From assembly GCA_016194465.1 (NCBI GenBank), contig JACQBO010000006.1, positions 1 to 38,727 on the forward strand: a stretch of 38,727 nucleotides of DNA, written 5' to 3'. This DNA is from Candidatus Kerfeldbacteria bacterium. Its GTDB lineage: Bacteria; Patescibacteriota; Patescibacteriia; SBBC01; CAIJZX01. The notes below the pieces were generated by a model. It had not been told where the DNA came from, made no database searches, and worked only from the letters and a program-made list of their open reading frames with translations. A program made the translations under genes and the position numbers. Numbering within the stretch: position 1 is the first letter of the stretch; each line of letters starts with the position of its first letter. Below, piece after piece: positions 9,682-18,943 of the stretch.

Positions 9682-10737
9682 ATGCTAAACCGACTCTTCG
9701 GAAGATTCTCGCACGACCTGGGCATTGACCTGGGCACCGCCAATACTCTGGTGTACGTTCGCGATCGCGGGATTGTCATTAATGAGCCCTCGGTGGTGGC
9801 CATTAATACGAAAACAAATCAAGTTCTGGCCGTGGGTGAGAACGCGCGACGGATGGTTGGCAAAACTCCCGGTCATATCGTGGCCAGCAAGCCACTGATC
9901 GATGGGGTTATTTCTGATTTTGAGGTCACCGAAAAAATGCTGAAGTATTTTTTTGATAAAGTCCATCAGGACACCATGGGTTTCTTACCCCGACCACGGG
10001 TGGTCATTGGCATTCCCCTCGGCGTGACCGAAGTCGAGCGCAAGGCGGTCGAAGACGCCTCCTTACATGCCGGGGCTCGTGAAGTCTACTTAATCGAAGA
10101 GCCCATGGCCGCCGCGATTGGCGCCCGTCTGCCCATCCAGGATGCTTCCGGCACGATGGTCGTCGATATTGGCGGCGGGACCACAGAAATTGCAGTTATT
10201 TCACTCGGCGGGGTGGTGGCTTGGCGATCATTACGGCTGGGCGGGAATAAGCTCGACCAGGACATTGTACAATTCGCCCGCGATCAGTTTAATCTCCTCT
10301 TGGGAGAACGAACCGCGGAAGAAATAAAGATCAGAATCGGTTCCGCCTGGGACGACGGTCAGGCCGTTGAGACAAAAATGCGTGGCCGCGACCTGATCAC
10401 CGGCTTACCCAAAGAAGTTACCGTCACCAACGTCCAAATTCGAGATGCGCTCCGTCGCTCCATTCAGACCATGGTCGAAAATATTAAAGCCACGATTGAG
10501 TCGACCCCGCCGGAACTAGTCGCGGACATTTATGAACGGGGTATCATGTTGTCGGGAGGAGGAGCACTCCTGCGCGGCATCGATCAAGCCATCCATAGTG
10601 AGACGCAGATTCCTATTCATATTTCTGACGATCCATTGACGGCGGTCGTCCGCGGAACAGGAATTGTGCTTGAGGATCTTGATGTCTTGCGCCACGTCTT
10701 GGTGCTATCGAGCGATGACCAGCCGTTTAAGCCCTAG
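9682..10737 (+). CDS. mreB: Rod shape-determining protein MreB (copy 2, in mreBCD-mrdA operon)
   Basis: GIDLGTANT, EEPMAAAIGA, DIGGGTTE. Directly upstream of mreC. Confidence 0.96.
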   Translation: MLNRLFGRFSHDLGIDLGTANTLVYVRDRGIVINEPSVVAINTKTNQVLAVGENARRMVGKTPGHIVASKPLIDGVISDFEVTEKMLKYFFDKVHQDTMGFLPRPRVVIGIPLGVTEVERKAVEDASLHAGAREVYLIEEPMAAAIGARLPIQDASGTMVVDIGGGTTEIAVISLGGVVAWRSLRLGGNKLDQDIVQFARDQFNLLLGERTAEEIKIRIGSAWDDGQAVETKMRGRDLITGLPKEVTVTNVQIRDALRRSIQTMVENIKATIESTPPELVADIYERGIMLSGGGALLRGIDQAIHSETQIPIHISDDPLTAVVRGTGIVLEDLDVLRHVLVLSSDDQPFKP

Positions 10738-10739
10738 TC

Positions 10740-11531
10740 ATGACGGCCCGGCCTCTCTCTCGCCGATTGTTATCTACCGGCGTCATTATCCTCTGTCTTG
10801 CCGGCCTGAGCCTGACGAGCTCCGGCGTCCGCGGCGGGCTTGAATCCGGGGGGGCGGCTATCCTGCGGCCACTGAGCGCCGGCGCCTGGTGGGTGACCGA
10901 CCATCTTTCTCTCCGTAAAAAAAATGATATTGCTACGGAACGCGACCACCTGCGCCTCGAGGTTGCGGCCTTAGGGCGACGTTTACAATCAACCGAGGAT
11001 AGTCTCGCGGCTGCCCAGGCTTCACTGCATCTCGAACAATTCGTCGCTTCCACGCAGTTGAACACCGAAAAAGGGAAGGTGATCGCCTATAGCCCGGACC
11101 CAGGTATTAAAAGTATTGTTATTAATCTAGGCAAAAGAGACAATATCAAAGTCGGGCTGGCCGTGGTCAGTGACAATGGATTTTTCCTGGGCAAGATTCA
11201 CGATGTACACGAGGCGACTTCGACGGTGCTGCTCGTCACCGATGGGCAATTGCTCTTATCGGCGCGAATCCATAATGACCAGCAAAGCCTGGGTCTGATC
11301 CGCGGAGAGCGCGGCCTGGCCGTGACCATGGATTACATTTCGAAGAACGATCGGGTTGAGGTTGGTCAGACCGTCGTGACAAGCGGCACGGAGTCGAATA
11401 TCCCTCCGGGGATTCTGGTCGGATCGATTGCCTCGATCCAAACCAAGTCTGATGCTCTCTTCCAACAAGCCTCCGTGGCCAGCCCGGTGGCCTATACCCC
11501 CATCCGCGAAGTAGCTGTTATACTGCAATGA
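10740..11531 (+). CDS. mreC: Rod shape-determining protein MreC
   Basis: TM helix, coiled coil, IVINLGKRDNIKVG, VVTSG...IPPGILVG; operon context. Confidence 0.9.
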   Translation: MTARPLSRRLLSTGVIILCLAGLSLTSSGVRGGLESGGAAILRPLSAGAWWVTDHLSLRKKNDIATERDHLRLEVAALGRRLQSTEDSLAAAQASLHLEQFVASTQLNTEKGKVIAYSPDPGIKSIVINLGKRDNIKVGLAVVSDNGFFLGKIHDVHEATSTVLLVTDGQLLLSARIHNDQQSLGLIRGERGLAVTMDYISKNDRVEVGQTVVTSGTESNIPPGILVGSIASIQTKSDALFQQASVASPVAYTPIREVAVILQ

Positions 11532-12061
11532 CCAAACGATTCATTCCAATCATCGCGGGGTTGTCCGTCGGATGCGCGGTACTGATCGATATTTCTGTGG
11601 TCAGAAACCTGCCCCACCTATCGGTCGTCGTAAATTTGTCGTTGCTATCAGTCTTGCTCGTGACATGCCTCGAGGGACTGCCAATTGGCCTTCTCGCCGC
11701 CGGCATTGTCGGGGTAGTCTTTACGCAACTTTCCGCCTTGCCGTTTGGCGTCCATCTCGGTGCTTTTTTTGGCGCTTCCTTTGCCGCTCATCTGGGTGTC
11801 CGGCGTTTTTTTACGACTCGCTCGGTACTGAGCCTGCTCGTGAGTGTCAGTCTTGGTACGGTAACGTTTTATTGTATCGGTATTCTCCTGCCCCTGCTTT
11901 GGCGGCAGATCGATCAAGATACACTGTTTCTACCATGGCGTAACATACTCCCAGCTGTATTGATCCAAATCTGTACCCACCCACTCCTTGTCTGGACTTG
12001 GTGGACAGTTCGGCGCTCTGGGATATACACGTTTGTATCGGAAACCGCAAGAAACTACTAA
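11528..12061 (+). CDS. mreD: MreD-like membrane protein
   Basis: Hydrophobic 177 aa protein with about 5 TM segments between mreC and mrdA. Call rests mainly on synteny. Confidence 0.65.
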   Translation: MTKRFIPIIAGLSVGCAVLIDISVVRNLPHLSVVVNLSLLSVLLVTCLEGLPIGLLAAGIVGVVFTQLSALPFGVHLGAFFGASFAAHLGVRRFFTTRSVLSLLVSVSLGTVTFYCIGILLPLLWRQIDQDTLFLPWRNILPAVLIQICTHPLLVWTWWTVRRSGIYTFVSETARNY

Positions 12062-12064
12062 ACC

Positions 12065-13975
12065 ATGACCGACCCATTCGGACCAGCTTCAATTTCTCAT
12101 CTTCGGCCGCGCGTATTTCATCGGACCGAGAGTATTGATTCCGATGTTCGCGGTCAACCAGGGATTCAGCCGGATATTATCCCACATCGGCAGACCGGTG
12201 TGAACTGGCTGGGCCTGACATGTGCACTTGTCCTGACCATTTTTGTTGGGCGACTCTATTTTTTGCAAATCGTCGAGGGTCAAACATACCGGCAACGCTC
12301 GGAACGCAACCGTATCCAAACCGAGGTGATAAGTGCCCCCCGAGGCAGTATCGTAGACCGCTATGGTCAACCGCTGGTGTCCAACGCCCCAAACTTCTTG
12401 CTCACGGTGACGCCGGCTGACATACCATCGGCCGGCCGGCCGCGTCAAGATGAGATTGACCAACTTGCCGCTATCATTCATCGAAAACCCGATGAAATAA
12501 AAAATGCGATCTCTGATCGACGACATCGCAGCACGGATCCCGTAACCATTGTCGACCATGCCCCGGAGTCAGAGGCAATCGACTGGATGGTCCAGACGGC
12601 GTCTATGCCCGGGGTACGGGTGACCTCCGTGCCCACTCGACAATACCTCGACGGACCAAACACTTCAGCCATACTTGGGTACATTGGTGTGGTATCGGGT
12701 TCGGACCTCGAAGCTCATCCCCAGCTCACCCCGCAAAGCGTCAATGGAAAGACTGGCCTCGAAAAACAGTATGACGTCGACTTAACCGGGCAAGATGGAT
12801 TTCGAGACATTGAGCGTGATGTACGAAATCAGTCACAAGCTATCGTTCGCCAACAAGATTCGCAACCGGGAAAAACACTCACCTTAACCATCGATCGTCA
12901 ACTACAAATAAAACTTTCTGAGCGTTTACTCGCGGAGATCAAGGTCGCCCACAGCCCCGGCGGATCCGCGGTGGCGCTCAACCCACAAACCGGGGAAATA
13001 CTAGCTTTGGTCAGCGCCCCGGCCTTTGACAATAACTGGTTCGTGACCCCTGGTCATAGTGACCAGATCACTACCGCTCTCCAGGACCCGGCCCGCCCAT
13101 TTCTCAACCGGGCGATTAGCGGCCTCTATCCTTCGGGCTCGATCATTAAACCGCTGTTAGCGGCGGCGGGTCTGCATGAGCATGTGGTCACTCCAGACAC
13201 GACGGTGGTAAGTACGGGCGGTATCACGGTGGGTTCCGATCATTTTCCCGACTGGAAGTCTGGCGGACACGGCATCACGAACCTGGCCAAAGCACTTGCC
13301 GAATCAGTCAATACGTATTTTTATATTCTGGGCGGTGGCTATCAGGGAAAAATCGGCCTGGGCGTTGATCGCATGGTCAAATATTTACAGGCCTTTGGCT
13401 GGGGAAGCAAAACCGGAGTTGACTTGCCGGGTGAGTCTCAAGGCCTGCTACCGACGAAAGAGTGGCGCCAAACTACCCGGGCGACGCCTTGGAAGCTTGG
13501 GGACACCTACCACCTTTCGATTGGGCAGGGCGATCTGCAAGTCACCCCCCTACAAATTGCCTCCGGCTTGAGTGCCATTGCGAACGGCGGGACACTCTAC
13601 CAGCCCCACCTGGTCTCAACCGTGACCGACGCCAACAACCAAATTGTGCGCACATATGCACCAACCGTTCTTCGGACGAATATCGTTTCCTCAACTGACA
13701 TTATGGCGGTGCAGAACGGAATGCGGCAGGGTGTCTTAAACGGCAGTTCGCGGTCCTTGCAATCGTTACCCGTGCCCGCCGCCGGCAAGACAGGGACCGC
13801 CCAGTTTGGCCGCGAGGGCAAAACACACGCCTGGTTTGCGGCGTATGCACCATACGACCACCCGACAATCCTCATTGTGGTCATGGTCGAGGCCGGCGGG
13901 GAAGGGAATGCCACGGCTCTCCCCGTGGCTAAAGATGTTCTGCAATGGTTTTTTTCGCGTAACCAGCACCCATGA
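12065..13975 (+). CDS. mrdA: Penicillin-binding protein 2 (class B)
   Basis: RLYFLQI, APRGSIVDRYG, GKTGLEKQYD; transpeptidase motifs SIIK (SxxK), SVN (SxN), KTG. Confidence 0.95.
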   Translation: MTDPFGPASISHLRPRVFHRTESIDSDVRGQPGIQPDIIPHRQTGVNWLGLTCALVLTIFVGRLYFLQIVEGQTYRQRSERNRIQTEVISAPRGSIVDRYGQPLVSNAPNFLLTVTPADIPSAGRPRQDEIDQLAAIIHRKPDEIKNAISDRRHRSTDPVTIVDHAPESEAIDWMVQTASMPGVRVTSVPTRQYLDGPNTSAILGYIGVVSGSDLEAHPQLTPQSVNGKTGLEKQYDVDLTGQDGFRDIERDVRNQSQAIVRQQDSQPGKTLTLTIDRQLQIKLSERLLAEIKVAHSPGGSAVALNPQTGEILALVSAPAFDNNWFVTPGHSDQITTALQDPARPFLNRAISGLYPSGSIIKPLLAAAGLHEHVVTPDTTVVSTGGITVGSDHFPDWKSGGHGITNLAKALAESVNTYFYILGGGYQGKIGLGVDRMVKYLQAFGWGSKTGVDLPGESQGLLPTKEWRQTTRATPWKLGDTYHLSIGQGDLQVTPLQIASGLSAIANGGTLYQPHLVSTVTDANNQIVRTYAPTVLRTNIVSSTDIMAVQNGMRQGVLNGSSRSLQSLPVPAAGKTGTAQFGREGKTHAWFAAYAPYDHPTILIVVMVEAGGEGNATALPVAKDVLQWFFSRNQHP

Positions 13976-13979
13976 GCGC

Positions 13980-13988
13980 TGTGGATAA
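13980..13988 (-). promoter_or_regulatory. Consensus DnaA box
   Basis: TGTGGATAA is the reverse complement of TTATCCACA; it lies 4 bp upstream of the greA -35 element. Confidence 0.5.
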
Positions 13989-13992
13989 CCCG

Positions 13993-14021
13993 TTGACATG
14001 ACCTACAAAAGAGGATACTAT
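13993..14021 (+). promoter_or_regulatory. sigma70 promoter of greA
   Basis: TTGACA(13993-13998)-17 bp-TACTAT(14016-14021). Confidence 0.75.
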
Positions 14022-14061
14022 AGGCGCTTGTTCCCGATGGGGAGCAATGTATCTGTATCCT

Positions 14062-14535
14062 ATGATGACTGATCGAATTAGCTATCTGACAAAAGAAGGT
14101 CGCGACAAGCTCCAGGCGGAGTATGAAACACTCATCCACACCCGCCGCAAAGAAATTGCGTCCCGGATTCAGGAAGCCAAGGAATTGGGCGACCTATCTG
14201 AGAACGCCGAATATCAAGAGGCTAAAAATGAACAAGCCTTTAACGAAGGAAGGATCGAGGAGTTAGAGACGATCTTAAAACATATGGTCATCATCGACGA
14301 TGGCCGCCGATCGAACGCCGACGTGATCGAGGTCGGGTCTTTCTTAACTGCCAAGCGGGATGGACAGAAACTTGAATTACACATCGTTGGTTCCAATGAA
14401 GCCGACCCGCTACGAGGAAAAATCTCTAACGAGTCTCCGCTGGGCCGGTCCCTGCTCGGTCGCAAGATCGGAGAAACCGTCGTGGTGACCACCCCCAAAG
14501 GCGAAGTTTCATACGAAGTTCTGACGCTGCGATAG
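14062..14535 (+). CDS. greA: Transcription elongation factor GreA
   Basis: YLTKEG, GDLSENAEY, EADPLRGKISNESPLG. Start could be 14047, 14062 or 14065. Confidence 0.96.
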   Translation: MMTDRISYLTKEGRDKLQAEYETLIHTRRKEIASRIQEAKELGDLSENAEYQEAKNEQAFNEGRIEELETILKHMVIIDDGRRSNADVIEVGSFLTAKRDGQKLELHIVGSNEADPLRGKISNESPLGRSLLGRKIGETVVVTTPKGEVSYEVLTLR

Positions 14536-14555
14536 TGGGCGCCGTGAGCCAGGCA

Positions 14556-14584
14556 TTGTGTCATGCCCCTTTTTTTAGTACGAT
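14556..14584 (+). promoter_or_regulatory. Putative promoter for leaderless lysS
   Basis: TTGTGT-17 bp-TACGAT(14579-14584)-6 nt-ATG(14591). Confidence 0.5.
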
Positions 14585-14590
14585 GAATGC

Positions 14591-16039
14591 ATGTCAGAGC
14601 GTAGTGACCAAGAAGATATTCGACGCCAACGCCGGTCTCAATTATTAGCCCAGGGGGTTAACGTCTATCCATCCAAGGTGAGCCGGACGGCCACGCTTGG
14701 AGACCTGGCGACGCATTGGCAAGACGGGTTGCGCCAGACGGTTGATGGTCGAATCTCCTCTATCCGCCTTCAGGGTGGGTCAGCCTTTATCGATCTCCAA
14801 GATGAAACCGGGAGCATCCAGCTTTTTGTCCAATCAAAAAAACTTGGTGCGGATTTCGAGATGCTGACCGCCAACCTAGATATTGGTGATTTTATTGAAG
14901 CCGAAGGAGAAACGTTTACCACCAAACGCGGCCAACCGAGTCTTGATATACGCGGCGTTCGCTGGCTGGGCAAGGCGCTACGGCCACTGCCATCGCATTG
15001 GCACGGGCTGCAAGATGTTGAGCTACAGTATCGTTTCCGTGAACTTGACCTCATCACCAATAAAAAGTCGCGCCCTATTTTCCAAGCCCGCGGCATCATA
15101 TTGAAAACGGTCCGAAATTTCTTAGATCAACATGGCTTTCTTGAGGTTGAGACACCGATGCTTCAAGCAATTCCGGGCGGCGCCACGGCCCAGCCTTTCG
15201 TTACTCACCACAACGCGCTTGATCTTGACTTATACTTACGGGTGGCGCCGGAACTCTATTTAAAACGACTGATCGTCGGCGGCCTGGGGCGCGTCTATGA
15301 AATTGCCCGCTGTTTCCGCAATGAAGGCATTGATCACGACCATAGTCCCGAGTTCACCCAGGTAGAACTGTACGTCGCATATGCGGATTACCAATGGATG
15401 ATGACCTTCTACGAACAGCTGCTGCTCGAGGTTTGTCAGCACGTCCATGGTCGGTCGGAATTTCCGTATGGCCAGCACACGATCAGACTGAAAACTCCTT
15501 TCGTCCGCTTATCATTCCGTCAGGCCATCAAAGAATTGTCCGGCATCGATATAAGCGTAGCCGATCCTACATTATTTCAGGCGGCGAGAAAAGTGGGGAT
15601 TGAGGTCAATACCACGATGACCCGGCCCCAAATTATTGACGAAATTTTTAAAACGCAGGTCCGCCCAAAAATCATGCAGCCAACATTCGTGATTGATTAC
15701 CCGCTCGAGCTCTCACCTCTAGCCAAGAAAAAACACGACGATCCCACCTACACGGAGCGCTTTCAGTTACTGCTGGCAGGCACCGAGCTTGGAAACGCCT
15801 TCTCTGAACTTAATGATCCGGTTGACCAGCGCCAACGTTTCGAAGCCCAGGAAAAACTCCGCGCTAAAGGCGATGAAGAAGCACAGCGCATCGACGAAAC
15901 GTTTTTGAAATCGCTGGAGTATGGGATGCCCCCGACGGCTGGCCTTGGTTTTGGCATTGACCGTCTGACCGCAGTTCTGATGAACCAGCACAACCTCAAA
16001 GACGTCATCTTATTTCCGACCCTCAGACCCGAGTCATGA
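14591..16039 (+). CDS. lysS: Lysine--tRNA ligase (class II)
   Basis: OB-fold N-terminus, FLEVETPML, YLRVAPELYLKRL, FRNEGID, GMPPTAGLGFGIDRL. Confidence 0.97.
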   Translation: MSERSDQEDIRRQRRSQLLAQGVNVYPSKVSRTATLGDLATHWQDGLRQTVDGRISSIRLQGGSAFIDLQDETGSIQLFVQSKKLGADFEMLTANLDIGDFIEAEGETFTTKRGQPSLDIRGVRWLGKALRPLPSHWHGLQDVELQYRFRELDLITNKKSRPIFQARGIILKTVRNFLDQHGFLEVETPMLQAIPGGATAQPFVTHHNALDLDLYLRVAPELYLKRLIVGGLGRVYEIARCFRNEGIDHDHSPEFTQVELYVAYADYQWMMTFYEQLLLEVCQHVHGRSEFPYGQHTIRLKTPFVRLSFRQAIKELSGIDISVADPTLFQAARKVGIEVNTTMTRPQIIDEIFKTQVRPKIMQPTFVIDYPLELSPLAKKKHDDPTYTERFQLLLAGTELGNAFSELNDPVDQRQRFEAQEKLRAKGDEEAQRIDETFLKSLEYGMPPTAGLGFGIDRLTAVLMNQHNLKDVILFPTLRPES

Positions 16040-16587
16040 ACCGCGACGAAGCCCTACAGATCATGGAGGAACATGTGCGGAACGCCAACCTGCGCAAGCA
16101 TATGCTCGGCACCGAAGCCGCCATGCGTGCCTATGCCATCAAATATGACGGCGACCCTGAAGAGTGGGGGATGGTCGGTTTGCTCCACGACTTTGATTGG
16201 GAAATCCATCCCACGTTAGTAGACCACCCAGCCAAAGGACAAAGCATTCTTGAGCAACGGGGTGTTCCCGCCACCGTTCGTCAGGCAATCATGGCTCACG
16301 CCCCCCATACTGGCACCATAGCCACCAACGATATGGAGAAATGCATTTTTGCGGTTGATGAACTCTCTGGATTTATTGTCGCCTGCGCGCTTGTCCAGCC
16401 GAATAAAAAACTGGCTGAGGTTACGGTTGATTCGGTCAAAAAAAAACTAAAAAGCAGGGGATTTGCTGCCCAGGTCAACCGCCAAGAAATTCAGCAGGGG
16501 ATACAGCTGCTCGGCATTCCTGAAGGCGAGCATATTCAAACGGTCCTGGCGGCACTTCAAAACATCCATGAAACCCTGGGACTATGA
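16036..16587 (+). CDS. HD-superfamily hydrolase (COG2316-like)
   Basis: LRKH, GLLHDFD, H at DHP, AIMAH, AVDELSG, KGFAA-like motif. ATGA overlaps at both ends. Confidence 0.85.
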   Translation: MNRDEALQIMEEHVRNANLRKHMLGTEAAMRAYAIKYDGDPEEWGMVGLLHDFDWEIHPTLVDHPAKGQSILEQRGVPATVRQAIMAHAPHTGTIATNDMEKCIFAVDELSGFIVACALVQPNKKLAEVTVDSVKKKLKSRGFAAQVNRQEIQQGIQLLGIPEGEHIQTVLAALQNIHETLGL

Positions 16588-17831
16588 TTAATCTAAAGGA
16601 TTTTCTCGAAAATCCGGAACGCTATATCGCTGGATTCAACCGGCGTGGGTTTGATGGTAATAAAATATTCCTTGAATTACCCGAGCGATCCAACCAACAA
16701 AAAGAGCTGGAATCTTGGCAACAACAAGTTCACGAAGCAAGTAAAATTATTCCAACTCTCAGTCCGGCCGAGAAGAAAAAAAAGATCGCCGAGATGAAAA
16801 AGATCTCGGATAAAATCGCCCTCATAAAATCCAATCTTCGGGTGGGCAGTTTGGTCGAAACCCCGAACCTTCCCAAGGATGACGTGCCGGATGGAAAAAA
16901 TGAAGAGGACAACGTCGTCCTACGGGAAGTTGGCAAGAAACCAAAGCTGGAATCACCGCAAGAGTATCTAGCCCTGGCCGAACTGCTGGGCATCATCGAT
17001 ATGGCTCGGGGAAGCAAAGTCTCTGGTTCTCGATTCGGGTACTTGCTGGGCGCGGCGGCGCAACTCGAGTTTGCCTTAGTCCAATTCGCCCAATCAATTA
17101 TTTTGCCAGCAGGATTTACTATGGTCGTGCCGCCGGCCTTGATTAAAAGCGAGAATATGGCCGCCATGGGCTTTTTAGCCGGAGGAGGGGAGAGAGAGAC
17201 ATACCATTTCACTGATGATGATTTGTATTTAGTCGGCACCTCCGAGCAATCAATTGGCCCAATGCATCGTGATGAAACCTTCAATGAAGAAGATTTGCCA
17301 AAACGATATTTGGCATTTTCTTCTTGTTTTAGAAGGGAAGCCGGATCATATGGAAAAGACACGAAGGGCATTATTCGCGTCCATCAATTCGACAAACTGG
17401 AAATGTTTTCGTTCTGTCTACCGGAAAAATCTGATCAGGAGCAAGAATTCTTTTTGGGCGTGGAAGAAAAACTCATGCAGAAGCTCGAGCTTCCATACCG
17501 AGTAGTAAAACTTTGTGCCGCTGATTTAGGCTGGTCCAGTGCTCGGACATATGATATTGAAACCTGGATGCCCGGTCAGGCCGTCTACCGTGAGACCCAT
17601 TCAACCTCGACCACGACTGATTACCAATCACGCGACTTACATATTAAGGTTCATCGTGGCGAAAAAAAAGAATTCGTTCACATGATCAATGGCACGGCTT
17701 TTGCCATCGGGCGAACGCTGGTCGGCATCATCGAAAACTACCAACAACGTGACGGTTCAATTGCCATTCCCCAGGTGCTCCAACCATTCATGGGCGGCTT
17801 AAAAAGCATCAAGGCCCCGGCTCATGCCTAA
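16584..17831 (+). CDS. serS: Serine--tRNA ligase
   Basis: PNLP, KVSGSRF, YLVGTSE, CFRREAGSYGKDTKGIIRVHQFDKLE, HMINGTAFA. Confidence 0.96.
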   Translation: MINLKDFLENPERYIAGFNRRGFDGNKIFLELPERSNQQKELESWQQQVHEASKIIPTLSPAEKKKKIAEMKKISDKIALIKSNLRVGSLVETPNLPKDDVPDGKNEEDNVVLREVGKKPKLESPQEYLALAELLGIIDMARGSKVSGSRFGYLLGAAAQLEFALVQFAQSIILPAGFTMVVPPALIKSENMAAMGFLAGGGERETYHFTDDDLYLVGTSEQSIGPMHRDETFNEEDLPKRYLAFSSCFRREAGSYGKDTKGIIRVHQFDKLEMFSFCLPEKSDQEQEFFLGVEEKLMQKLELPYRVVKLCAADLGWSSARTYDIETWMPGQAVYRETHSTSTTTDYQSRDLHIKVHRGEKKEFVHMINGTAFAIGRTLVGIIENYQQRDGSIAIPQVLQPFMGGLKSIKAPAHA

Positions 17832-18939
17832 GACAGTTCGGACCTGGGTGGAAATATCGGAGTCGGCACTCCGGCATAACCTTAGGGCGACCCAAGCGCT
17901 TTTTGGAGCTGGCACTCTGATCACCCCCGTGATCAAGGCTAATGCTTACGGGCATGGGATGCTACAAGTTGCCCACAGCCTCAAAAACACCCCAATTTGG
18001 GGCTTGAGCGTGGCCTATGGGTCAGAAGCCCTAACGCTCCGCCAGGCCGGAATTAGGCGAAAAATACTGGTCCTGAGCTATTGGGAGCCTTCAGAGCTGC
18101 GCCTCCTCATCGAGCAAGATATCGATGTAGTCGTTTATGATTTTACGACACTAAATCAAATCCGGCGTATCGAGGAGAGGATAGCCAAACAGGCAATGAT
18201 TCACCTGAAACTCGACACGGGCACCAGCCGCATCGGCTTTTTGCCATCAGATATAACGCGACTGAAACAGACGTTGAAACATCGGGCTCATAACGTCCGC
18301 GGGATTTTTTCCCACCTCGCCAACGCCGAGGAATATCCCACCCGGCGAACCATCTCCCAGCTGGCGCACTTTGACCTGATGGTACACCGATTAGCCATCA
18401 AGGCTCCCTATGTCCATTTGTCGTGTACGGCCGCCTCGTGGCGGTACCCAACTAGCCGCCGTGACCTGGTTCGACTCGGCCTCGGTTTATATGGACTTTG
18501 GCCATCCGCGGCCATCCGTACTTGGTCGCAGCAGCACCGGCCAAAATACCAACTACGTCCGGTGATGGAGTGGAAGAGCATGCTGGCGCAGGTGAAGACC
18601 ATCCCTGCCGGCACCGGAATTGGCTACGGGAGCACCGTCCGTTTGAAGAAAGCGACGACCATCGGCGTGGTACCGGTGGGGTATGCCGACGGATACGATC
18701 GATCATTGTCCAACAAGGCCTGGGTTATGATCGATGGCCAGCCCGCCCCGGTGCTCGGCCGAATTTGCATGAATATGTTCATGATTGACCTGAGCCGCGG
18801 GCGACATCCAAAGGTCGGCCAGCCCATCACCTTACTTGGGCCGGGAATCTCGGCCCATGAACTAGCGGAGATGGCCACCACCATTTCGTACGAAATTGTC
18901 AGCCGTATTTCACCTGATATACCGCGGAGAAGACTCTAA
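17824..18939 (+). CDS. alr: Alanine racemase
   Basis: VIKANAYGHG (PLP lysine), HLKLDTGTSRIG, IGYG, GYADGY, GRICMN. Confidence 0.95.
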   Translation: MPKTVRTWVEISESALRHNLRATQALFGAGTLITPVIKANAYGHGMLQVAHSLKNTPIWGLSVAYGSEALTLRQAGIRRKILVLSYWEPSELRLLIEQDIDVVVYDFTTLNQIRRIEERIAKQAMIHLKLDTGTSRIGFLPSDITRLKQTLKHRAHNVRGIFSHLANAEEYPTRRTISQLAHFDLMVHRLAIKAPYVHLSCTAASWRYPTSRRDLVRLGLGLYGLWPSAAIRTWSQQHRPKYQLRPVMEWKSMLAQVKTIPAGTGIGYGSTVRLKKATTIGVVPVGYADGYDRSLSNKAWVMIDGQPAPVLGRICMNMFMIDLSRGRHPKVGQPITLLGPGISAHELAEMATTISYEIVSRISPDIPRRRL

Positions 18940-18943
18940 ATTT

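Noticed and set aside
13976..14046. oriC at the DnaA box
   Set aside because: Single box, short gap, no AT-rich unwinding element, no dnaA/dnaN nearby and no strand divergence.
14552..14576. GGCAT-N6-ATGCC followed by a T run after greA as an intrinsic terminator
   Set aside because: Only a 5 bp stem, separated from the T run and overlapping the putative lysS promoter; too weak to call.
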